This document shows, piece after piece, positions 1 through 10,919 of a stretch of 64,000 nt of DNA; within the stretch, counting starts at the first letter, position 1; each line of letters begins with the position of its first letter. The translations under genes and the position numbers were made by a program. The stretch covers positions 320,001 to 384,000 of the forward strand of contig CBDBKM010000011.1 in NCBI GenBank assembly GCA_965206695.1, given 5' to 3'. Under the pieces are notes generated by a model. That model was not told the origin of the DNA. It did not search any database and saw nothing but the letters and a program-made list of their open reading frames with translations. The DNA comes from Chlamydiales bacterium (GTDB taxonomy: Bacteria > Chlamydiota > Chlamydiia > Chlamydiales > JAAZZY01).

Positions 1-243
1 TGATAAAGGGTTTCTTTGCAGCTCTCTATAAATAGTAGATTTATCAACAGCAATATAATCTACAGAATCTCCTCTTTGTTTTAATGCATATATTCGGCAT
101 CTTCGGTTAAATGATAATAACCTTTAGGCATAAAAATCCCTCCATAGTTATTAGTCTTTTTCAAAAATTAATTATAGAGATTTTATCATCATTTGACCAT
201 TTTCAAATTTCTCCTATCTGTTGCACTTCGATGTTGAAAGGGC
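1..243 (-). mobile_element. Degenerate IS30-family element (left IR and 5' part of transposase), running off the window start
   Basis: The reverse complement of 213-243 matches the IS30 left end at ~33305. The RBS/start region (ctatggagggattt..atgcctaaagg) is near-identical to 33398-33425. The reading MPKGYYHLT...DKSTIYRELQRN is broken by frameshifts. Confidence 0.85.
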
Positions 244-343
244 CAATCTCTTTTTTTAATCAAATCTTTAAATCAAAATATTGGAAAAAACCAATAAATT
301 CGTTAGTATCATATTCTTTAAAGAATCATCCCTACTTAACAAA

Positions 344-1363
344 ATGCAAGAAGCGATACAGAATATACAGAAAGACTTTGAAAAAGCCTTAAATAAGGCT
401 TCTCAAGTAAGAGATATAGAAGATCTAAAAGTTAAATACCTCGGTAAAAAAGGGCCTATTCAGCAATTAATGCAGAGTTTAAAAGATGCTTCAAAAGAAG
501 AGAGGCCCATCTTAGGTAAACTTATTAATGATCTAAAGGTTAAGGTTACCGATCAATGTGCTGCAGCGCTTACTTCTTTTCAGGGTAGAGAAGAAGAAGA
601 GCAAATAAGGGAAGAGACTCTTGATATAACTTTGCCCGGCAGGCGCCGTTTTAAAGGTACCGTGCATCCTCTAACTCAGATGATGCAACAAATTATTGAA
701 ATACTGGTAGGTATGGGGTTTTCTATTCAATATGGTCCGGATATCGAAAGTGATTATTATAATTTTGAAGCGATTAATTTTGAGGCTGATCATCCGGCAA
801 GAGATATGCAAGACACTTTCTATATCAATGCAGAAATGCTCTTACGTACCCATACTTCGAATGTGCAAGTACGTATAATGGAAAATAATAAGCCTCCTAT
901 TAGAGTCATTGCGCCCGGTAAAGTGTATCGTAATGAGAATATTTCAGCTAGATCACATGTGTTTTTTCATCAGCTGGAAGGTTTTTATATCGATGAAGGG
1001 GTTACCTTTGCTGATCTAATAGCAACGCTAAGAGAATTATTTTCTAAACTTTTTAATAAAAAGTTAAAAATGCGATTCAGAGCCAGTTATTTCCCTTTTG
1101 TGGAGCCGGGAATGGAAGTGGATATTGAGTGTATGGTTTGTAATCAAAAAGGTTGTAACATCTGTAAAGATACCGGGTGGCTGGAAGTAGCAGGTGCCGG
1201 TATGATTCATCCGGAACTATTTAAAGTCTCCGGTATTGATAATGAGAAGTATACGGGCTATGCATGGGGCTTGGGAATAGAAAGATTAAAAATGCTACAA
1301 TACGGAATAAAGGATATACGTCTATTTACTGAAAACGATATTCGATTTTTAGAACAATTTTAA
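344..1363 (+). CDS. pheS: Phenylalanine--tRNA ligase alpha subunit
   Basis: Motifs HPARDMQDTFY, LLRTHTS, FHQLEG, YFPFVEPG, GLGIERL. ATG at 344 is preferred over the ORF-track start at 281. Confidence 0.98.
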   Translation: MQEAIQNIQKDFEKALNKASQVRDIEDLKVKYLGKKGPIQQLMQSLKDASKEERPILGKLINDLKVKVTDQCAAALTSFQGREEEEQIREETLDITLPGRRRFKGTVHPLTQMMQQIIEILVGMGFSIQYGPDIESDYYNFEAINFEADHPARDMQDTFYINAEMLLRTHTSNVQVRIMENNKPPIRVIAPGKVYRNENISARSHVFFHQLEGFYIDEGVTFADLIATLRELFSKLFNKKLKMRFRASYFPFVEPGMEVDIECMVCNQKGCNICKDTGWLEVAGAGMIHPELFKVSGIDNEKYTGYAWGLGIERLKMLQYGIKDIRLFTENDIRFLEQF

Positions 1364-1437
1364 CTTCAATTTCTTGACCGAATTCTTTAAATTAACTATT
1401 CTATGTGTTCTATTTTTTCTTAAATAGAGTTTTTCTT

Positions 1438-1527
1438 GGAAGAGTGGCAGAGTGGCCGAATGCGGCTGTCTTGAAAACAGCTGTCGGTTAAACCCGACCG
1501 GGGGTTCGAATCCCTCCTCTTCCGCCA
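1438..1527 (+). tRNA. tRNA-Ser(UGA)
   Basis: GGAAGAG acceptor stem, anticodon loop CT-TGA-AA, long variable arm, GGTTCGAATCC T-loop, encoded 3' CCA. Confidence 0.97.
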
Positions 1528-1763
1528 TTACAACCAATTCGAACCTTTGATCCCATTATCTAAAAAGGCCAAGGCTTGAACTTTAGAGTGTGCAATATAA
1601 TAAGAATAATAAGATTTTTCTTGAATGAGGTTTTCGTCCTCAACTTTGCGCTCGCCGGAAACTTCTTCAATATAACCGGTTAAGCCAAACTCTCTTTTTT
1701 TCTCCGTCCTTGAGATGAGGCGATTCCGGATTGTGATACTGACCTTTTTTGCTTTCTCTTTTT

Positions 1764-2830
1764 GACCGGAGTTTCGCACTATAGAAATGCGTTATTAAAA
1801 TAATTGTTTAAATAATTTTTTAAATCAGGGTATTATTTCTCTTTTTTGTTGGGGAAAAAATGCCGGTACATAAATGCATCAAGGAATTCTATCGCACCTT
1901 CATTCAAGCAAGCGGTATGAGATATTCCGGGCTTGCGATAGCAAAAGTTTACCCGGATCAATTGTCACATGACAGCTTTAGCCACCGGTTAAAAGATAAA
2001 AAATTTCAACCTAAAGAAATTTTTGAAACCGTAAAGCACTCTGTTGATAGGTATGAGCCGGGTGTACTTATTGCGGATGGTACCGGTCTTTCAAAAAGGC
2101 ATAGTAAAAAAATAGAGATTGTAAATTACCAATATTCCGGAAATGTACATGATGTTATAGCAGGAATCGGTTGGGTCAATCTTTTATGGGATGGGATATA
2201 CGTTCCTGTGTATGATAAGGATAGTTACGGCAAAACAAAGAATGCTCATTGTTTAAAAATGCTTCAACCGAGTCACAGCCGAGGTTTTAATCCCCAAGTA
2301 GTCGTTATGGATGCATGGTATTTCGGTTTTAAAAATTTACAGTCTATCAGAGATATAGGGTTAAATTTTGCCGCCGGGTTGCGTGAAAATAGAAAAGTTA
2401 ATCGCAATGTAAGTTTGGAAGATTTGGATATTCCGTATGAAGGACTAACCATTTACTTATGCGGTTATGGTTTTATTACGGCTTTTAAGTTTCCGGCTAA
2501 AAATGGTCGCATTGATTATGTGGTCACTAATATTGAAGAACTCGGTCGTAATGATGTTGAAAAAATCATGAAGATTCGTTGGAAAAGAGAAATTTATCAT
2601 AGGGAATTGAAACAAACCTGCGGCTTTGAGCGCCGACAGTCTCGTAACGCACGAGCGCAACGAAATCATATTTTTATGTCTATTTATGCTTGGTTACACA
2701 AATTTAAGCGAAGGAGGCGAGATAAAATATCTTTTTATCAACAAGATTGGGAAATGATAAAGCCCGCTATTACTTTAAATATGAAAAATATTTTGGCTAT
2801 GGGCTAACATTTACGCACGAAACTCCTGTC
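1764..2830 (+). mobile_element. IS701-family element with degenerate transposase (ORF 1860-2807)
   Basis: Imperfect IRs GACCGGAGTTTCG.. / ..CGAAACTCCTGTC. The ORF has SHDSFS, MDAWY and W.REIYHRELKQTCG motifs. The first catalytic motif is altered (IADGT). Confidence 0.8.
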
Positions 2831-2997
2831 AGGTATTTATAAAAGTAATATTATCTACGGGAACAGTAGAAGAAACACAGCGATATGTAACTACAAAAGG
2901 AATAATGGAACAATTTCTTTTTCCTGTTACTGAACTTGATAGGGTATAAGGAATTTAGAAAAATTGTGTAAAAAATATTTAATCCAAAAGAGGAGTA

Positions 2998-3924
2998 ATG
3001 AATGTGAATATTCGGGATGTACAAGGATATGAACCTTTTACCTTTATAGATCTTTTTGCCGGTATAGGCGGATTTCATTTAGCCTTTCATCAATTAGGGG
3101 CAGAATGTGTTTATGCAAGTGAATGGGATAATAGTGCACGAGAAACATACGAACGTAATTTTAAAAAAATATCACCGTTACTTTTTCAAAAGGATTTATT
3201 CCGAGGAGATATAACATTAGAAGATAATCAAAATGCTATTCCGAAAAATGTGGACATTTTATGTGCGGGGTTTCCATGCCAGCCATTTAGTCAAGCAGGT
3301 TTTAAGAAAGGATTTTCAGAAACGAGGGGTACGCTTTTTTTTGAAATTGCGAAAATCATAAATAATAAGCAGCCAAAGACGATTTTTCTGGAAAATGTTC
3401 GTCATCTTCTTAAACATGATGAGGGTCGCACATTTAAAGTGATTTGTAATATTTTAGAGAATGAATTGAATTATTCAATTTTCTACCGGATTATCAAGGC
3501 ATCAGATTATGGACTCCCTACACATAGGCCCCGTATTTATATTGTCGGTTTTAGAAAAGATTTGCAGATTGACAATTTTGATTTTCCCTCTCCCACACCT
3601 TTAAAGTACACTATGAATGAAATTTTTCAAGGAGATTGTGCTAAGAGAATAGGCTATACCTTGAGAGTAGGGGGACGAAGATCAGGTATCAATGACAGAA
3701 GAAATTGGGATGCTTATTTGGTAGATGGGGAAGTTCGTTTTATCACTTTAGAAGAGGCTAAGCAAATGATGGGACTTCCCGATGATTTTGTATTTTCCGT
3801 ATCCGATGCACAAGCATTTAAGCAGTTAGGTAATAGTGTGGCAATAGATCCGGTAAGAATGACGGGAGAAGCTATTTTAGATTGTTTGATAGGAAGGGAA
3901 AGCTATGCAGAAAAGTGCAAATAA
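2998..3924 (+). CDS. DNA (cytosine-5)-methyltransferase, M.HpaII-like (predicted C5mCGG)
   Basis: C5-MTase motifs FIDLFAGIGGF, GFPCQPFS, ENV, R.RIY and GNSV. Adjacent to an HpaII-like REase. Confidence 0.95.
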   Translation: MNVNIRDVQGYEPFTFIDLFAGIGGFHLAFHQLGAECVYASEWDNSARETYERNFKKISPLLFQKDLFRGDITLEDNQNAIPKNVDILCAGFPCQPFSQAGFKKGFSETRGTLFFEIAKIINNKQPKTIFLENVRHLLKHDEGRTFKVICNILENELNYSIFYRIIKASDYGLPTHRPRIYIVGFRKDLQIDNFDFPSPTPLKYTMNEIFQGDCAKRIGYTLRVGGRRSGINDRRNWDAYLVDGEVRFITLEEAKQMMGLPDDFVFSVSDAQAFKQLGNSVAIDPVRMTGEAILDCLIGRESYAEKCK

Positions 3925-4972
3925 GGGGGAATGGAGCGAGTTTTATGTTTTTCTTAAAATCTTATCCGATAAAAAATTACATTCTGCAGACGAAACTTTG
4001 ACATTGATCCCTAATTCGTTTTTAAAAGTGCTAAGTATTATTCGTTCTGAAGACAAAAAAGAGCTCATATATGAAATTGACGCAGATAATGATAGAGTAT
4101 TGGTAAAATCAGGCTTAGAGATCTTGGCAAATATTCCGATTTTTCGGATTACCCAAAAGTTATCAAAGATTCTAAAAAACATTGAAAAAGGAGCATCTTC
4201 CGAAAGAACATTTAAAATATCTGATGCTCAAGATGTTATGGAAGAGCTTCACTGTAAAAAAATAAAATCCTCTTCTTCAAAGAAGACGGATATCTCTGTA
4301 AAGATTAAAGAATGTCATACGGGAACTCAGCCGGTGATCGGTTTTAGTATCAAATCCAAGCTAGGATCCATGTCAACGTTGCTTAACGCTTCAGGTGCAA
4401 CAAATTTTGAGTTTGAGATTATAGATTCTGTTATTGAGAAAGCTCAATATGGGAAACAACCGAAGGTTAATTTAAAACAGATACTTGCCGACCATAAAAG
4501 TTTGAAATTTGTATGTGTATTGAACAAAAATTTTAAAAAAAACTTAATGATGATCGATTCTCGAATGCCTGAGATTGTTGCTGAAATGGTAAAAGCTTAT
4601 TATCTGGGGTTTCATACAACGGTAAAAGAATTGACAATGCATGTCCAAAAAAATGACCCTTTGGGTATAAAAGATTCTCAGCATTTTTATGCACATAATG
4701 TCCAAGAGTTGTTAAGTTCTGTTGCATTTGGTATGCAACCTTCGAAATCTTGGAACGGTTCTTATGAGATTCATGGGGGATATATTGTAGTTAAAAAAGG
4801 CGGAGAGCTGGCTTGCTATCATGTTTACAATCGTGATAAATTTCGCAAGTTCCTCTTTGTGAATACAAAGTTTGAAACACCGAGTACGACAAGACATAAA
4901 TTCGGTAAAGTTTATGAGTGTGATGGTCGGAAGTATATTCAATTGAATTTACAAATACGTTTTAAGGATTAA
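3905..4972 (+). CDS. HpaII-family type II restriction endonuclease (predicted CCGG)
   Basis: N-terminal NKGEWSE.Y, K.DI...GFSIKS.LG..STLLNAS..TNF and C-terminal TKFETPSTTRH.FG...LNLQIRF, recognised as RE_HpaII-type motifs. Overlaps the MTase stop. Confidence 0.85.
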   Translation: MQKSANKGEWSEFYVFLKILSDKKLHSADETLTLIPNSFLKVLSIIRSEDKKELIYEIDADNDRVLVKSGLEILANIPIFRITQKLSKILKNIEKGASSERTFKISDAQDVMEELHCKKIKSSSSKKTDISVKIKECHTGTQPVIGFSIKSKLGSMSTLLNASGATNFEFEIIDSVIEKAQYGKQPKVNLKQILADHKSLKFVCVLNKNFKKNLMMIDSRMPEIVAEMVKAYYLGFHTTVKELTMHVQKNDPLGIKDSQHFYAHNVQELLSSVAFGMQPSKSWNGSYEIHGGYIVVKKGGELACYHVYNRDKFRKFLFVNTKFETPSTTRHKFGKVYECDGRKYIQLNLQIRFKD

Positions 4973-4982
4973 TTACTATAGC

Positions 4983-5153
4983 AAAACCTCTGCATAACTG
5001 ATTTTCGGCAACAATTCTTGGCGCCTATGCGATGCTTTGCACCCATAATAAAAAAACTGCTTATTATAAAACTTATCAAAATAAATGAAAAATACGTTTA
5101 GACAATTAGTGAGTTTTAAAAAATATTATCAAGTCAGTGATGCAGAGGTCTTA
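4983..5153. mobile_element. MITE (~170 bp) with IS5-like terminal inverted repeats
   Basis: Ends AAACCTCTGCATAACTGA / TCAGTGATGCAGAGGTCTTA. A near-identical copy lies at 5884-6193. Confidence 0.8.
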
Positions 5154-5155
5154 TA

Positions 5156-5584
5156 GTGGTTGATAAATTCGATAAAAAAACTCGAAGTCGGGTTATGGCC
5201 ACCATTAAAAACAAAAATACAAAGCCCGAAGTAAATGTAAGGAAGGCTTTGTTTGCCGAAGGTCTGCGTTATAGACTACATAGCAATAATCTTCCGGGTC
5301 ATCCTGATTTGGTTTTTTCTAAATATAAAGCTGTTATATTTATTCACGGATGTTTTTGGCATTACCATGATTGTAAACACGGAAAATTACCTACAAGCAA
5401 TGTGGCTTTTTGGAAGGAAAAATTGCAGGGTAATGCAAGGCGGGACCATAAAAATATAGTCAAGCTTAAAGAGATGGGATGGAGAGTAAAAATCATTTGG
5501 TTGTGTCAATTGAAGGATAGAAAGCATCTTGATTCACAGGATACTCTATTTGAAATAGTAAGATGGATAAAAAAATACGGATAA
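5156..5584 (+). CDS. vsr: Very-short-patch repair endonuclease
   Basis: Motifs D....RS.VM..IK.KNTKPE, LPGHPDLVF, IFIHGCFWH.H, FW..K...N..RD, GWRV.IIW.CQ. GTG start. Confidence 0.93.
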   Translation: MVDKFDKKTRSRVMATIKNKNTKPEVNVRKALFAEGLRYRLHSNNLPGHPDLVFSKYKAVIFIHGCFWHYHDCKHGKLPTSNVAFWKEKLQGNARRDHKNIVKLKEMGWRVKIIWLCQLKDRKHLDSQDTLFEIVRWIKKYG

Positions 5585-5592
5585 TAGTAATT

Positions 5593-5811
5593 TGCTTTTT
5601 CAACTATGAAGTGCAACAAATTTGTACTGCATAGTTGATAAGCTTTTTCCGGTTTTCTTAAAAAACAAATAGTTAAATCTGCATTGAGTGTATGCTCCTC
5701 TTGAGGTACGAGCAGTTTAGGTTCGATATCAATAGCCGCCCGAAAGATACAGCCTTTTACGAGCGCTGTTTGTTTTAAGAGATTGACACGCATCTGTTTG
5801 CTATCAAACAC
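5593..5811 (-). mobile_element. Solo IS30 end abutting an IS630 transposase fragment
   Basis: 5593-5627 matches the IS30 IR (ttttcaactatgaagtgcaac). The minus-strand peptide AIDIEPK...TLNADLTICFLRKPEKAY resembles the IS630 remnant at 33230-34460. Confidence 0.65.
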
Positions 5812-5883
5812 CTATTAATTGTGCAAAACGGTTTAAGGAAACTGCAGCATAGAATAAATCTGTATTGAAATATTTCTCCCTTT

Positions 5884-6193
5884 TAAGACCTCTGCATAAC
5901 TGATTTCTGACAACGATCCTTGGCGCCTATGCGATGCTTTGCACCCATAATAAAAAAACTGTTTATTGGGAGTGTTGCGATTCGGCTAAATTTCCAAGTA
6001 TAGCTATACCTATATTCTGTCAAATTTTCCGGTTTGCAACATCAAGTCGTTATAAACAGCCTCACAACCTCCTAAAAACTTGTTAGATCGAAACAGTCCC
6101 TTATTATAAAACTTATCAAAATAAATGAAAAATAAGTTTAGACAATCAGTGAGTTTTAAAAAATATTATCAAGTCAGTTATACAGAAGTCTTA
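5884..6193. mobile_element. Second copy of the IS5-like MITE, carrying a nested 133-bp MITE (5968-6100)
   Basis: Same TIRs as 4983-5153. The insert has IRs GGGAGTGTTGCGAT / ATCGAAACAGTCCC and a TTATT duplication (5963-5967, 6101-6105). Confidence 0.8.
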
Positions 6194-6194
6194 T

Positions 6195-6372
6195 AGAAAA
6201 ATATTGGGCTTATATATGCACGCCGGTGCGAGCATAACGGATATTCAAGTGGCAGCTTCATGAGCTTTACGGAACAGAGGTGTCAACATCACTGATATCG
6301 CATGTCACGGCCGACCGTGTTGGACGAAATAAAAGCTTGGCAATCAACGGCCTTTAGATCGTGTTTACCCTA
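6195..6372 (+). pseudogene. IS256-family transposase fragment
   Basis: Frameshifted reading LY..G.S..DIQ..LHELYGTEVSTSLIS.VT..VLDEIKAWQ.RPLDRVYP. Confidence 0.75.
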
Positions 6373-8615
6373 CCTATTGATAACCCGGCGTACCAGCAAA
6401 TCTTTTGGTACACTGAGACGCACCGGGTCCTGTTTTGCAAGATACTCCCCTTGAGTTTCTGCGTGGATCCAATTGTCGGCAAATTTTCTTATTTTAAGTT
6501 CAATTGGTTTAGGGTCATACCAACAATCGTGTGCTCTAAAGATTCTCATTTTTTCGATTGCTTTTCTATATTTATGGCATTCATTAAGTGCCTGTCTTAA
6601 TTGTAATTCATCAGATGCACTTAATTTCAATGAGTCTTTTATAAATTTTTCTAAGTCTTTAAAATAATCCTTCATATTAAACCGGTAATACAAAGCATTA
6701 CTCTTCCGTTCAGAAGTTTTCAATTGATCGTTAAAAGTTTTAATTGTTAACCGGATAGAATGATTTTTATCCGTAAATTTTTTATCAAAAGCCAGACGAG
6801 CAACTTTACCCAATAATTTAATCCTAAGAGGAACTTGTCGAGGTTTTGTTCCGGAAAATAATCTATCTTTAGCTATTGCTTGGCTTAAATATATACAAGA
6901 AAATTCAGGAATTGTTAACTCCTTACTTTTAAACTGCTTATCTGCTTCATTAATTACATAGCATTTTAGATCCTTATACTGACCGGCTGTACTTCCACAC
7001 CCTTTCTTCTCTAAAAATTCATGCTCCTGTGTACTGAGAAAATCTTTTACTTTATTACAAGATTCAGAGGACATATCTTGTGTTGCAATACCTTTGATTC
7101 CTTCTAAGATAGCGCGAGGAAGAGCCCCTACTAACCCATCCCTTCCAAGTCCCCAACAAGACTTATAACTACGTGAACCAAATAAAAGCCTCTTTAATCC
7201 AACACCTAACATAAGCGCTTGCTCTTCCGGTAGTACTTGCGCAACGCTTAGCAAATCTTCTTCTCCAATGCTTTTTTACTTTTTCATTATGAGTGTCTAG
7301 AACTTCCTCTGATACCTTATCTACAGCTAAATCTTTATCAACTATAAAAAACGCCGTGCTATGAGATTTTAAAGGACCATAATTAGCATATTTACCGGAA
7401 GGTTTTAAAGTATAGTGCTGCCCGATTTTATAGCCTTTTCCAACACAATTACTAACATAATCATGAGGTGCATTGAAACATTCGATATGTGGAACGTCTT
7501 TATTTAAGACATATCTTCGTTTAGCTATTAATTCGGTATATTCAGCAATCTTACCTTTAATTGTTTCCATTTGCTGCGTAATGTCACTTGTATTATTAGT
7601 AGTGGATTTAATTAAATTATTGTTAAGTAGTGTTTTTCTTAAAGATTTTAACTTTTTATCTTTTTGTTCTGTTCCTTTTCTAACTCTTTCCCAGCTATTC
7701 CATTTATCCAAAGTGTCTCTATTGACTTCCGGAGAATGAAAGATTTTCGCTTCTTTGACATATTGAGATAAATTGACAGATGTATATAACCCTAAAGCAC
7801 CGCCTAAACTTTGTCCTGCTACTATTGCTTTATTTTTTGGTGTAGTATGGTTTTGTAACCATTCTTGAATACGAGCTTTGTTCTTTTTAAAATGCCCTGC
7901 TGCAATCCCGGCGGTATCTGTATCAATGACAAGCGTGGAACCACTACCTGAAGATGACCACATTTTTTTTAAATGTGTGCCATGAAATAATAGAATGGGA
8001 GTATCTTTTTGATCAATCCCTACCAAACCAAAAGCTTTTACACCTGCTCCACCAAGCCCTTTCCCTATATCTAAAGTTTTATCCAGTTGATAGTAGGTCC
8101 GATACTTCGAATTTTCATCTAATGCCTTATTTGCAAGGATCCTTCTGGGCATAGGTAAAACTAAACTCCCCATAGCATCTTTGTAAACATCCGGCTCTTG
8201 TAGGGACATAAAGAAGGTCAATTGAGAATATGCTTGTCTTTCATATTTTACTATAGACTTTCTCCCTTTCGATTGCTCGCTCCGATTCTGATATCCCCTT
8301 CCTATCTTCTAATTTCTTTAAATCAGCTTGATATTTTGAACAAAAATCTTGTAATGTTTCAATAGTTCTAACGGTATTAGAGATCCTTTCTTGCCTCATT
8401 ACTTCACCATGATGCCAAGATCACAGGCCTAAACGTCCTTTTTGAGCTTTAATTGTTGGGGCAACAGACGCTGCCTCTACTTGAGAGCTCTCTTTAATGA
8501 GAGATTCTGCAACTTTTTCAACTTCTGCTTGAGGTATTTCAATATCAGAAGAGTTTTCTCGACAATAAATGGTTTCCGGCATAAGACTTCCCGGAATAGA
8601 GGAACTTAGAGACAT
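6370..8615 (-). pseudogene. Fragmented large protein with a class-3 lipase-like alpha/beta-hydrolase domain (ORFs 8421-8615, 7169-8221, 6370-7254)
   Basis: LLFHGT and AGQSLGG nucleophile-elbow motifs in 7169-8221. Consecutive same-strand ORFs in different frames. Joining them into one gene is inferred. Confidence 0.55.
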
Positions 8616-8867
8616 TAGCTTTTACCTTGTTAATTAGTTTTTATTGCTTAATAATAATAACTTTATTATATTTAAAAGCTTATTAATTGTTCAGGTGTTT
8701 ATATATCGCGACAACAACAAACTATTCATTAAATAGTTGGTTTGTATAGCAAAATATTTATAATAAGGAAATTAATAATAGGTTTATTTAATTGTTTAAT
8801 ATACATGCTCCAATAAAACTAGTTAATGAAACTGTTAATTACCTACGTTCTTTTGTGATATTTCTTA

Positions 8868-10773
8868 ACCCAAGTTCGATGTAACTAACTCATAATAACA
8901 CTTTCGATATTCAATTAATTATTTGAAAAAGATATAAAAGAAAAAGGCTTCTTCCTTCAGAATAGTTGTTTTTCACGAAACAGGTAAACTTAAAGGAGGA
9001 AGCCATGAAGCTTGAAATATGCGCCATCTATTGTATTTGTGATGACTATTTAAACGAATTAAACACTATATAGTGAATAAACTTTAATTTTTCTTTTATA
9101 TATGTTATTTTTTTGACATGGCATATTCAACTGATTTAAGACAAAAGGCTTTAGCCTATATAGAAGGAGGAGGCTCTCAGGTAGAGGCCGGGCGTATTTT
9201 TGGTGTAACAACACGTACTTTATTGAATTGGATAAATAGAAAAAAAGCAGGTCGTTTAGCTGCCGCGACAACAAGAAAACGCAAACCTTATAAAATTGAC
9301 GGAGATAAACTGAATCATTATATTGAAAAGCATCCTGACAGCTATTTGAGAGAAATAGCTGTTGTTTTCAGTGTATCCGTTAACGCCATATGCAAAGCAT
9401 GTAAGCGCTTAAAGATCACTTTAAAAAAAAGACGCCCTTCTACAGGGAACGGGATGAGAAAAAAAGAGAGGTGTTTCAAAAAGAGTTAAAGCACATCCCT
9501 CCTGAAAATAGAGTCTATATTGATGAAAGCGGTATCAATGAATATCTCGATCGTCAACATGGCAGAGCTTTGAAGGGAAAATTGATTTATGGAGCCGTAT
9601 CAGGTCATCGTTATCAGAGGGAAAGCTTTATAGCAGCAAAAAATGAATCACGTATTTTTGCTCCCTTTTGTTATACCGGTACTTGCAATACGCTATTATT
9701 CAATACATGGCTTGAGCAGGTACTTATTCCTGAATTGAAGCCCGGGCAGGTTGTTATTATGGATAATGTAAGTTTTCACAAGTCTAAGGAAACCATAGAC
9801 ATTATCCAAAGCAAAGGGTGCCGTATTTTATTTCTGCCTCCTTATTCTCCTGATCTAAATCCAATTGAGCAATTTTGGGCAAATTTTAAAAGAAAAATAA
9901 AAGAAACTCTTAAGCTCTATTCAGGGTTAGCAGAAGCTATCGATAGTGCTTTTGTTGAGGTGTGTAATATATGAAATATTAAAGTTTATTCACTATAGCA
10001 TGGCACAATGAAAAAATGAAAGACTCAGAAGTCATGACTTCTTTAATTGTTGCTACTCGGTTTTTTGGAGGCAATACTACTCAAGCCGGAAGCTTCCTGT
10101 TGGAACATGGTTATATGCCTGATATGCTTAGTATTAACCGATTGAACGAAAGAATCCATCAAATACCTTTATCCGTTTGGGAACGTCTTATGCGATTTAT
10201 GAGGCGTTACGCGCCTCTTAAATCGCATCAATGTTTTATCGTGGATTCATTTCCTGTTCAAGTCTGCAAAAACGTTCGTATCCGGCGTTCTAAGCTAATT
10301 AAAGGAAAAGAGTATCATGGCTTTAATGCGAGCAAAAAGAAATATTTTTATGGTTATAAAGCATCATTAATCACTTGTGAGTATGGTACGCCCGTATCTT
10401 TAAATCCGGCTCCTGCCTCTTGGCACGATTTAAAAATTTTAAGGAAAAGTTCTCTCGATCCTCTCCTTAAAAACTCTCAATTAGTGGGAGATGCTGCCTA
10501 TTTAAGGCAGTCACATAAAGCGGAATTAGAACAAGATCAGATTGAACGCATTCCAGAAAAAAGAAACAACTCTAAGGAAAGGCTATTATTTCAGGATTAT
10601 GGAATCCTTAAGAGAGTCGGAAAATCTATAGAAACCTCTATTAGCTTAATCACTCGCCTCATGCCAAGAGCTATCAAAGCCGTTACATCTAGAGGTTTTA
10701 TGATTAAAGTTATAGGTTTTGTCTTGGCCTATGGATTCTCTAAATTAAATATTTAGTTACATCGAACTTGGGT
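8868..10773 (+). mobile_element. IS982-family element; transposase (9005-9070 joined to 9998-10756) interrupted by an IS630
   Basis: Perfect IRs ACCCAAGTTCGATGTAACTAA, TTCTTA duplication on both sides, and DSFP/GDAAY/IET DDE motifs. Confidence 0.9.
9069..9997 (+). mobile_element. IS630-family element, two-ORF type (orfA 9118-9489, orfB 9471-9974) with predicted -1 frameshift
   Basis: IRs TATAGTGAATAAACTTTAAT, TA target, A8 slippery run at 9423-9430, and IDES/MDN/PYSPDLNPIE motifs. Confidence 0.93.
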
Positions 10774-10919
10774 TTCTTATAAACCAAATATTAATATTTT
10801 AAATTCGGTGAACACCCAATAATTGACCAAGAAAATCTTGTTAAGTACCAAACCCATCTTTCCAAAAAATCTTATTAATCAGATATTCCATTAGTCTTTA
10901 GGCACGCAATGCGTTTCAC

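Noticed and set aside
111..392. 93-aa ORF and other short overlapping ORFs in the track
   Set aside because: They overlap IS remnants or real genes in another frame and show no motifs.
1349..1537. 62-aa minus-strand ORF (MAEEEGFEPP)
   Set aside because: It is the antisense translation of tRNA-Ser.
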